From: Eledone cirrhosa
Taxonomy: Eukaryota
DNA length: 64,000 bases
Assembly: GCA_964016885.1 (NCBI GenBank)
Contig: OZ024742.1
Span: forward strand, 82,832,001-82,896,000
Direction of reading: 5' to 3'
Position numbers and translations under genes: made by a program. The notes beneath the pieces were generated by a model. The model did no database searches. It saw nothing but the letters and a program-made list of their open reading frames with translations, and had not been told where the DNA came from. This document shows positions 44,362-56,080 of this stretch, piece by piece; positions within the stretch are counted from its first letter, which is position 1, and every line of letters starts with the position of its first letter.

Positions 44362-45375
44362 ACGAAGGAAATGTGGTAAGGAACCAGATGGACCATAACG
44401 CACCAGAGTACTCAAAAAGTGAACGCTCTATATGGCTGAATGCAATAAATGTAATCTGAGTTTTTCGATTATTAATAGTAATATTTGATTCGTTTGCAAT
44501 TATGCAAACAGCCTCTTGTAAGCCATGTCAGTAGAATGAACTCCTCATTCTTGCACGTATACTGACTGCAAACGAAGAGAATATCATTATTAATATTTGA
44601 AAAATCTCAGATTACATTTACATACGCCCACACAGAAACACACACACAAATAACACACACACATATATATATACACAACTATTTAATCAAAAGAGAATGA
44701 AATATTAGATTACTATGTCCCCTTTTGTGGTGTATTTGTTGAAAGGTCTGGATTAGTTTTGATTAAACAGACACCAATCAAATGATTTATAAATGATTAA
44801 AACATATTATTGTTATTTTCTAGAAAGAGAGACGTTTTTAGTTGTGGTTTGTTCGCTCTATCAATAGGTATGGTGAACGCATGCAGTATTTATCGATGAA
44901 TGACTGTACATTGTTGACATTTATTACGCAATGATATTGCCAGCATATGGCCAAAAGTATACAATCAAAATTTCCATCCGTCTTGTATATATAATACTCA
45001 CACACACACACACACACACATATATGTATATATAATTATATATATATGTGTATACTATAATGAATGTATATATGTGTGTGTGTGTGTGTGTTGTAAATCA
45101 TTAGTTTGGTAATAGGTTGTTTGAATGAAACGTTGGAGGTTAGCCACCGATGTATGAAGCAATATATTTCATATTTTCCATTTTTGTTTTGGTAGCAGTC
45201 ACTCCATAGTGTTGAAAGTTGAATAAATCATAAGCAAAGAGTTTTATTTCCATACAGTAGTTTATCATATTTCTGATGGTAGCTGGTAATACTTTAAATA
45301 AAAGAAAGCAATGCACTCACAACACACGCGCGCGCTCGCACCCACACACACACGCATATCTATATAAATATATAT

Positions 45376-45431
<56 letters not shown>

Positions 45432-45432
45432 A

Positions 45433-45493
<61 letters not shown>

Positions 45494-45958
45494 AGATATT
45501 GCCAAAATAAACATATCATTTACACGTCGTCAGGATTAAATGCCAGCGTGGTAGGTTTGATATTTTAACTTATTATTCCTATGAATATATACGACGGTAA
45601 AATAAAATTATGATGGCATCATAAATGTACTATGGATGCATAAAAATATCGCTTTAGTTTGCAGAAAGTATCAGAATAGTCGCTGTCAACACTTAAAAAC
45701 TTTGTTCTAATATTTGGAAGTTTCAATCACCATCCATTCCGCCAAGAAATAAAAAAAAATCTGAATTTGTTCTATATTTGAAGTTTCTTTTTTTTTATGT
45801 CCTTTATCTGATGATATCATTCTATTTGCTTTTCCTTTTTTACTGCATCTTTTGGGTATATATTTTAGTAGAGTTAGTGAACTATGTATATACTGTGTGA
45901 TGGGTGTTTTAACGGTAAGGGGATATTGACTACGTTTGGTTGCTTTATATGTATATAC

Positions 45959-46041
<83 letters not shown>

Positions 46042-46096
46042 AATATATAACATATATATATATACATGCACGCACACACACACACACACATACATA

Positions 46097-46238
<142 letters not shown>

Positions 46239-46949
46239 GGGGGGAAAGAAACGTAGAAATAGAGAAATATCTATAAATAGAGAGAGAGAAATAAAGGGAG
46301 GCAGGGAGAGGCAGAAAGAGAATGAAAAAGAGAGAAAGACTGATTAAGGTTAGTGAACATTTCTCTCGACTAAAACCGTACAATATAAATGCCACAACAT
46401 TTTTGATAATAGTTATGCTTAATCGAGACAAGGATTGGCAGAATTTTTTTAACTTTCGTTAGAATTCTTTGAAATAATTGTTCCGGCTTTCTCTGCGCTG
46501 TGTTCAACTCCCACCGACTTTAATTTTGTCTTTCATTCCCTCGATAATGAAATGTCAACAAGAACTGAGATCCATTCTACTATCATATCTCAATCTTATT
46601 CTATCTTTTCTATCTTTAATTCTTACTCCCATCCTAATACTACTACCAGTAGAAACAGGTGTTGAAATTTAAATATAATTTGGTTCTGTCTCACCCTTCT
46701 CACTCAGTATTAGCGTCTATGAGGCTGAAGTAACATTTACTCGGACCAAATCAAAAACAGAAGGCCAAAACTTATGGATGTATGGCGGGGAGCCAGTTTA
46801 AAAAACGTTTCCTTAACCGTCAGACGTTTTCAGCACGACCTCATTCGGGTTGAAAATACATTGGGTGAAATGCGCGTCAAGAGTATGGTTTGCTAATTTA
46901 TATATATATATATATATATTAATATATATATATATATATAATAATATAT

Positions 46950-46997
<48 letters not shown>

Positions 46998-47150
46998 ATA
47001 AATGCTCTGAAATAGCGATATATATGTGAATATAGACATAGAATATTCGAAAATATTCTGTATGTTTATAATAAACATTTTGAAGACCTAATCGCTATAG
47101 AATAGAATACGTCACGTATTACAATTAGATTCTCGATAAAAGCAAGGGAA

Positions 47151-47193
47151 GTAATCTACGCGTTTCATTCTTGTTAGAAATCTTCAGGACTAC
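47151..47193 (-). ncRNA. Type I hammerhead, array unit 1 (identical copies every 310 bp up to 49631-49673)
   Basis: GUAGUC / CUGAAGA / U-UUCU-AACA-AGAA-U / GAAA / CGCG / UA / GAUUAC; predicted cleavage between 47157 and 47156. Confidence 0.85.
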
Positions 47194-49784
47194 ATATCCA
47201 GTGCTTTTATCGAGAATGACACAGCTAGAGACTAATAGAATACTTAGCTGTGTACAGGAACTGGTTTGAAAGAGCGGTTGCCGGTCCGGCAGAAATTAGA
47301 AATTGGAATAAATGCTCTGAAATAGCGATATATATGTGAATATAGACATAGAATATTCGAAAATATTCTGTATGTTTATAATAAACATTTTGAAGACCTA
47401 ATCGCTATAGAATAGAATACGTCACGTATTACAATTAGATTCTCGATAAAAGCAAGGGAAGTAATCTACGCGTTTCATTCTTGTTAGAAATCTTCAGGAC
47501 TACATATCCAGTGCTTTTATCGAGAATGACACAGCTAGAGACTTATAGAATACTTAGCTGTGTACAGGAACTGGTTTGAAAGAGCGGTTGCCGGTCCGGC
47601 AGAAATTAGAAATTGGAATAAATGCTCTGAAATAGCGATATATATGTGAATATAGACATAGAATATTCGAAAATATTATGTATGTTTATAATAAACATTT
47701 TGAAGACCTAATCGCTATAGAATAGAATACGTCACGTATTACAATTAGATTCTCGATAAAAGCAAGGGAAGTAATCTACGCGTTTCATTCTTGTTAGAAA
47801 TCTTCAGGACTACATATCCAGTGCTTTTATCGAGATTGACACAGCTAGAGACTTATAGAATACTTAGCTGTGTACAGGAACTGGTTTGAAAGAGCGGTTG
47901 CCGGTCCGGCAGAAATTAGAAATTGGAATAAATGCTCTGAAATAGCGATATATATGTGAATATAGACATAGAATATTCGAAAATATTCTGTATGTTTATA
48001 ATAAACATTTTGAAGACCTAATCGCTATAGAATAGAATACGTCACGTATTACAATTAGATTCTCGATAAAAGCAAGGGAAGTAATCTACGCGTTTCATTC
48101 TTGTTAGAAATCTTCAGGACTACATATCCAGTGCTTTTATCGAGAATGACACAGCTAGAGACTTATAGAATACTTAGCTGTGTACAGGAACTGGTTTGAA
48201 AGAGCGGTTGCCGGTCCGGCAGAAATTAGAAATTGGAATAAATGCTCTGAAATAGCGATATATATGTGAATATAGACATAGAATATTCGAAAATATTCTG
48301 TATGTTTATAATAAACATTTTGAAGACCTAATCGCTATAGAATAGAATACGTCACGTATTACAATTAGATTCTCGATAAAAGCAAGGGAAGTAATCTACG
48401 CGTTTCATTCTTGTTAGAAATCTTCAGGACTACATATCCAGTGCTTTTATCGAGAATGACACAGCTAGAGACTTATAGAATACTTAGCTGTGTACAGGAA
48501 CTGGTTTGAAAGAGCGGTTGCCGGTCCGGCAGAAATTAGAAATTGGAATAAATGCTCTGAAATAGCGATATATATGTGAATATAGACATAGAATATTCGA
48601 AAATATTATGTATGTTTATAATAAACATTTTGAAGACCTAATCGCTATAGAATAGAATACGTCACGTATTACAATTAGATTCTCGATAAAAGCAAGGGAA
48701 GTAATCTACGCGTTTCATTCTTGTTAGAAATCTTCAGGACTACATATCCAGTGCTTTTATCGAGATTGACACAGCTAGAGACTTATAGAATACTTAGCTG
48801 TGTACAGGAACTGGTTTGAAAGAGCGGTTGCCGGTCCGGCAGAAATTAGAAATTGGAATAAATGCTCTGAAATAGCGATATATATGTGAATATAGACATA
48901 GAATATTCGAAAATATTCTGTATGTTTATAATAAACATTTTGAAGACCTAATCGCTATAGAATAGAATACGTCACGTATTACAATTAGATTCTCGATAAA
49001 AGCAAGGGAAGTAATCTACGCGTTTCATTCTTGTTAGAAATCTTCAGGACTACATATCCAGTGCTTTTATCGAGAATGACACAGCTAGAGACTTATAGAA
49101 TACTTAGCTGTGTACAGGAACTGGTTTGAAAGAGCGGTTGCCGGTCCGGCAGAAATTAGAAATTGGAATAAATGCTCTGAAATAGCGATATATATGTGAA
49201 TATAGACATAGAATATTCGAAAATATTCTGTATGTTTATAATAAACATTTTGAAGACCTAATCGCTATAGAATAGAATACGTCACGTATTACAATTAGAT
49301 TCTCGATAAAAGCAAGGGAAGTAATCTACGCGTTTCATTCTTGTTAGAAATCTTCAGGACTACATATCCAGTGCTTTTATCGAGAATGACACAGCTAGAG
49401 ACTTATAGAATACTTAGCTGTGTACAGGAACTGGTTTGAAAGAGCGGTTGCCGGTCCGGCAGAAATTAGAAATTGGAATAAATGCTCTGAAATAGCGATA
49501 TATATGTGAATATAGACATAGAATATTCGAAAATATTCTGTATGTTTATAATAAACATTTTGAAGACCTAATCGCTATAGAATAGAATACGTCACGTATT
49601 ACAATTAGATTCTCGATAAAAGCAAGGGAAGTAATCTACGCGTTTCATTCTTGTTAGAAATCTTCAGGACTACATATCCAGTGCTTTTATCGAGAATGAC
49701 ACAGCTCTTCAAACCAGTTCCTGTACACAGCTAAGTATTCTATAAGTCTCTAGCTGTGTCATTCTCGATAAAAGCACTGGATAT

Positions 49785-49827
49785 GTAGTCCTGAAGATTT
49801 CTAACAAGAATGAAACGCGTAGATTAC
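49785..49827 (+). ncRNA. Type I hammerhead in the inverted terminal unit of the array
   Basis: GTAGTC CTGAAGA TTTCTAACAAGAAT GAAA CGCG TA GATTAC. Confidence 0.85.
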
Positions 49828-49950
49828 TTCCCTTGCTTTTATCGAGAATCTAATTGTAATACGTGACGTATTCTATTCTATAGCGATTAGGTCTTCAAAA
49901 TGTTTATTATAAACATACAGAATATTTTCGAATATTCTATGTCTATATTC

Positions 49951-50093
<143 letters not shown>

Positions 50094-51287
50094 TAAGCTA
50101 TTATATTTACATTCTTTGTTTTATTTTAATTTATATTATATTGTACTCACTCTTACTGCGAGACACCTTGTTGTCTCTGATATTTTGCTTTACTTTTAGA
50201 TATCTGGTATTTCATTATTATATTCATTTTGTATTTCTTCCTCTCTTACTATCTCCAAAAACCTAGCTCCTCAATTATTTGTGTGTTTCTACTATATAAT
50301 CTTATATAATATTATTTCCTTTCTTCTTGTAATAGTATATTTTAGTTTTCAATGTTGTAGCTATTAACAAAAAAATATGATATTAAACATTTTTCATATT
50401 ACTTCTCTCCATAATATCAATATTTTATGATTGTTATTTTTTCGGTGCGCCAGTAAAATGCGAGTTAGACATAGGGAATGAAAATTGGAGTAAACAATCG
50501 AACAGAGTAGAATAAATCATTACATATTCCATTTATTTCATAGTATTTCGTGGTGAGTTTTCAACAGAAAAATATGGAGTTCTTTTATGCCGATATTGAG
50601 TTGGAGCAGCAGGTGTAGACTAGTATAATCTCAACAGGCAACCGATTTCGTGTAACTTGCGTCTGCTTTTAATAAGATGTCTAAATCTATTGTTTACTAT
50701 GGACTCTTTGCGCCGTAGTTTTCCCATGATTCATTCACTGATATCAGTGTTACTATTGATATTTTGGTCGTGTAATTTTACAGGGCGTGATTTCTTTTAA
50801 TACTAAAAGCATTCATGTAGATCTGCTTCCTGTAACGTGTATGCAGCTTATAGCAAATTATTCCAAAGTCTGATGCTTGCCATTTGTTACACATTACTCT
50901 GAATACAATATGCCACTGTATGCACATTTTTTATTCCACGGGGAATTAATATGCACATGTTGTTTGCCGCTTGACGATTTGCAAATATGTCTACCCTCTA
51001 GGTGTATGTTGAGCCCTTCCCTTGGTGTCACTACCCAAAATTCAACAATATATCTGTCATATAAAAGACGTTCTGAAAGATGAATCTCATACGCATAAGG
51101 TGAAGCTGTAAACCAATATTTTTGTTTCATTGATCTTGCTTTATTCGGATTTTTCCCATTTTCTTTATAATTTGTATTTTACAGGCTTCCACCAAACAGT
51201 CCTAGCCACATATTTCCCAAGTTATTCGATTTTATACTTACAAACGCACAAACTGTACCATTTCAAAAGATATCATTAATATAGATA

Positions 51288-51469
51288 GGGTGGTGGATTG
51301 GCAGTGTCGATAGCGGTCGGACGCAGCATAGAGATACGGCCCTGTACTGTCTGAGTTCAGATCCCGCCGAGGTTAACTTTGCCTTTCATCCTTACGGGGT
51401 TCGATAAATTAAAAGCATCAGTAATGCACTGGGGTAATTGCTGGCCTTGTGTCAACATTAGGAACAATT
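51288..51469 (+). mobile_element. tRNA-derived SINE with 13-bp TSD
   Basis: GGGTGGTGGATTGGCAG head, GAGTTCAGATCCC; ATTAATATAGATA at 51275-51287 and 51470-51482. Confidence 0.85.
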
Positions 51470-51987
51470 ATTAATATAGATAACAACATGACTAATATTT
51501 ACGTATAACTAGCTCAATTAAAACTTACAAAACATGAATAATCCATTGTTTTTTTACGCGACTTGCAATCTGGCTTTCAATATATACTTTTTCATTACAG
51601 TGCTTTTTATTATTGTCACTGAAACCCGACTCCTACTAACGTGTGATAAAGTACACATAAATAATATGTCAACCCAATGTACTAGAGAAATTCCTTTGCC
51701 CAAGTAGCCAGGTTGTGGAATTAAACCCGTACAATGAAATTCAACTTAAATAAAAGACTCAGCCTTCGCTATTTATACACACGCATGCATGGGCACATGC
51801 ATATACACAAACACAAAAAACATACACACAGACGTACGCACACACACAGACACACACAGAGACACACACACAAACGCAAACACACGCACACACACACACA
51901 CACAGACACGCAGGCAGACACAGACACACACAGACACAAACACATACGTACACACACACACACACACACACACGGATACACATACAC

Positions 51988-52082
<95 letters not shown>

Positions 52083-53029
52083 TTATGCAAACCCAAATAT
52101 GAAAAACAGTGGTACCACACATGGAAAGCCAAGGATTTGAGTGAAAATCAATCAAATGTAAAACTAGAGGAATACGCTTAAGAAATCCTATACAGTAGGA
52201 ACATTCCATTGATAATAAAATGCTTTTATTTTCAGTGGAGAAGTGTTTCGACAGAGGCAAACATTTTGGTTAGTTGCAAGCTTGTATAAAATGGAGGATA
52301 AAATAAGAGTTTGGAGAGAGAATAGATTGGTGTAAAAACCAAAGGGGATTTTGGTCGGGATTAAATTTGACGGGACTGCAGGAGTGTATGTTTTATGCAT
52401 GACGTTCTTAATGCATTAGTGACGGCAGAACAACTTAATATATCTGTGGTCCTTGCATGGGTTGTATATCTGTCTTCGACGCATGTGTCACGATATAGCC
52501 ATGAGTGTCTTGTTATATGTTTGTATCAGTGGTGTGTGTTTACTATCTGTGTACGATTGAAGTGCAGCGTGTGAGTGTATCTATCTCTTTAAATTATGTG
52601 TATCGAAAGTGTGTGAGGAACCCCCCCCCCCCCCCACCCTCTACCAATAATTATATATTTCTCCCCAACAACAAGCCAAAGCACACGTCTATTTGTTTCT
52701 GCGCTATAATTGATGTACATGTTACATTTATCATATATCAAAGATTTTTATAACTTGGTTGATATTCGATAATATAAAATGTTAACCTTCACAGTGATTT
52801 TTTGTTTTTTCATGCTATAACTTTTTGTCCACATATCATCATTTGCCAATTGCTGTCGTGTGTATTCAGAGATAGATTTCATAGATTGATTTTGATATAA
52901 TCGATATAAATAAAAGTAGAATCGTGTCCGTCCGTGTGTCAGTCTGCTCGTGAGATGAATGAGTTAAAAACGAATTGGGATGGTGAAAATTATACGGCGA
53001 AAAAAAAATCACGATGCTTTGTGTGACTA

Positions 53030-53720
53030 TATTTGGCACTTCGGAGCTTGGGTGCCGCACTATGGCACTACAGAACTAGGGTGGCACACTATGGAACTAG
53101 GGAGCTTCAGTGACACAGTATGGAAATATGGAACTAGGGTGACCCCCTATGGCAATGGAGAGATAGTGTGGGAAAATAGGGGACTTTGAGGTTAGGGTGG
53201 GTACCACAATACGGCACAGCGGAGGTTCGGGGTTCACTAAAAATAAGAAAGTTTGGTGCCGGATTAAAAATAATAAGTTTGAGAGCCAGATTAAAAACAC
53301 AAATGATCGGTGCCGGATGGAAAGAGTAAGTTTAAGTCCCGGATTACAAACATTAATGATCAGTGCAGGATAAAAAATAAAAAAAGGTCAAGTGCGGATT
53401 AAAATTAATGAGAAGTACTGGATTAAAAATAACAAGGGTATGTGCCGGATTAAAATCAATACGGATTAGTAGAGAATTAAAATTAATAAGGATTAGTCCC
53501 GGATTAAAAATAATAAATATAAGTCCCGGATTAAAACACTAATGATCAGTGCAGGATTAAAACTCATAAGGATAAATGCCGGATTAAAAATTGTTCATTT
53601 AAGTGCCGGATTATAATTAAAAAGGACAAGTGCCGGATAAGCATGGAATTATGGATCTCAGGTGGCCCCGTATGGCAATGGAGAGATAATGTGGAAAAAT
53701 ATGGCACTTTGAAGCTATAT
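53030..53720 (+). repeat. Minisatellite-bearing repeat: ~20-bp TATGGAACTAGGG units, then ~15 degenerate ~24-bp GTGCCGGATTAAAA units
   Basis: Recurrent (C)CGGATTAAAA 53258-53640; CCC.TATGGCAATGGAGAGATA.TGTGG.AAA at ~53145 and ~53667. Confidence 0.75.
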
Positions 53721-53933
53721 ATATAGGCCTCAGCCGGATGGCTGGAACTGCTAAAGGAGTATATACATATGTATGTATAAATATATAAGTAAAAGATAAG
53801 AAAAGATACATTAAAAAAGTAAGAAAATGGAAAATATAAAGAAAGAAATAAGGATAAGTGTGAACATGTAAGTACAGAGTATGCTTGTGTTGGTGGTGAG
53901 TAGGTGCCTCGAGTGAATTATTTTTACATCTTC

Positions 53934-54043
53934 GTATTCTGATGTGTTGATCAGTGGTAAATAATGTAATGGAGATCGAGTGACGCAACTTCAAGCGATT
54001 GCGACCTCTAGACTCACCTGATCAATGAAACAATTGTCAATAC
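53934..54043 (+). ncRNA. Hammerhead-like motif with a greatly extended stem II (~80 nt)
   Basis: GUAUU / CUGAUGU (A9>U) / GUUGAUCAG...CUGAUCAAU / GAAA / CAAUUG / UC / AAUAC. Confidence 0.55.
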
Positions 54044-54257
54044 CTGAAATAAAACCCCTTGTGTACAGCCAACCATGTTACTCTTCATTCTTTCACTATT
54101 ATTCCTCCAAGTATAACCTGCATAGGAATTACCGCGAACTCGATGCCTAACTATGGATACATCTTGTTGAGTTAAACAAAGCCGTACGTTAAAACTATCC
54201 ACGGCGCAGAGTACTCACAAACTGTAACTGGATTACCTATAACGATAACTTGTTACC

Positions 54258-54339
<82 letters not shown>

Positions 54340-54345
<6 letters not shown>

Positions 54346-54678
54346 AAGTTAAATAAAAGTCAAATGATTAAAATTTAGCTTCGATTATTACTGCTATATA
54401 TATTTCAGTGACAGCCATCTTTGGCTGTGACCTCTTCAGGCAGTTTGAATTAGTATGGCATATACTATACCATACTAATTCAAACTGCCTGAAGAGGTCA
54501 CAGCCAAAGATGGCTGTCACTGAAATATATATAGCAGTAATAAACGAAGCTAAATTTTAATCACTTGACTTTTATTTAACTTTATTTTACACTACTCCGG
54601 AGTAACCAAACCAACCTGCGCACTTCGTCGATGCCCCAGCCTGCATACTGAGGTGCTGGTATACAACCAACATAAACT

Positions 54679-54684
<6 letters not shown>
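54340..54684. mobile_element. Near-perfect ~250-bp palindrome of the 44187-family 3' end, with HHRs at 54390-54444 (-) and 54484-54538 (+)
   Basis: Arms 54340-54460 / 54468-54588; the right side continues to (TA)n at ~54684. Confidence 0.85.
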
Positions 54685-54740
<56 letters not shown>

Positions 54741-54754
54741 GTGTATATATATAT

Positions 54755-55270
54755 ACGTGGAAAAGTAAGAAATAGGAGGACAGACCGTTAATACATGTTT
54801 ATTTAAAAACCACCTACGTACGTTTCGCCCAGATGGGCATCTCAAGGGCATAAATAACTAAAAAGTGTTCCTTACATGGCCCGGAAAGTGTTTTGGGAGG
54901 TAAGTTCACGTCAGAGTTGATTCTTCACGAAAAAGCCTTTTTTGCGAAGAATGAACTCTGACGTGAACTTACCTCCACAAACACTTTCCGGGCCATGTAA
55001 GGAACACCTTTTAGTTATATAAGCCCTTGAGAAGCCCATCTGGGCGAAACGTACGTAGGTGCTGTTTTAAATAAACATGTATTAACGGTCTGTTCTCCTA
55101 TTTCTTACTTTTCCACGTGCTTACGCTCTGCTAACTCTCTCCCCCACTAGATATTAAAACCTCTAATATCTAACACTGCCGGGACTAGTATTGAGCACCT
55201 TCTGCATACGCTATTTGGCAAATAACTACATGTATCACCTATCCCTCCTTTTTTCTCTTTCTCGATACAT
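54755..55270. mobile_element. ~360-bp fold-back (arms 54755-~54933 / ~54938-55118) with HHRs, plus 3' extension
   Basis: Reverse-complement arms with few mismatches; (TA)n flanks. Confidence 0.8.
55022..55063 (+). ncRNA. Minimal type I hammerhead, U3-A8 core variant
   Basis: AGCCC / UUGAGAA / GCCCA-UC-UGGGC / GAAA / CGUACG / UA / GGUGCU; the minus-strand twin ~54810-54849 has UUGAGAU. Confidence 0.65.
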
Positions 55271-55838
55271 AAATACTCTCTATATATATATATATATAGG
55301 AAAAGAGTCAGGACCCCGACGGCAGAGCTCAACGTACTCTTGTGCGTTATGGTCCACCTGGTTTCTTAGCACACTTCCTCCGTTATATATATATATATAT
55401 ATAATCAATGAAAAAGCGTTAGTTGATTTATAATCAGCTGACTTTTATATAACAGATGTCAACAACTCAACGTTGTATGTTTATCCGGAGTATTATAACA
55501 ATAATACACTTTAGATCATCTCTATTTTATTATACATATTTCGAAGTAGCAAGGCTTATGTATAACATAATCCAAAACATGTTCTCGTCAAAGAAAATGT
55601 ATATGAGATGCTGGTTTCTTTTGATATACTGGCGGTCCAACGAGCTGGACTGATCGTTGACAACCATGCATATGATTAGAAGAAAAAAACCCAACACAGG
55701 AGATGTTATGTGATTGGGAGAAAAATACAGTTGGACTCAACGTTTTTGAAATCATTCAAAATATAACGTAGTTAGATTGGTCAAAAATATAAATAAATAT
55801 AGACCATTACTCAGTTTATATGTTACTTATATTAGTTT

Positions 55839-55931
<93 letters not shown>

Positions 55932-56080
55932 ATATATAATATTAAGGATACTATTTATAGTTATGTATATTTTGAACTATAAACAACTATAAACTGGGAA
56001 GGTCAGTAATTTATTGCTAACTTATTACCAGTAAGATAAATAGCTCAATGTAAGAACATCAGTTGTTTTACAAAGCAGTA

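Noticed and set aside
46992-49706. CRISPR array or protein-coding repeat
   Set aside because: Units are identical 310-mers with no unique spacers, no cas genes and no substantial ORF; the context is eukaryotic
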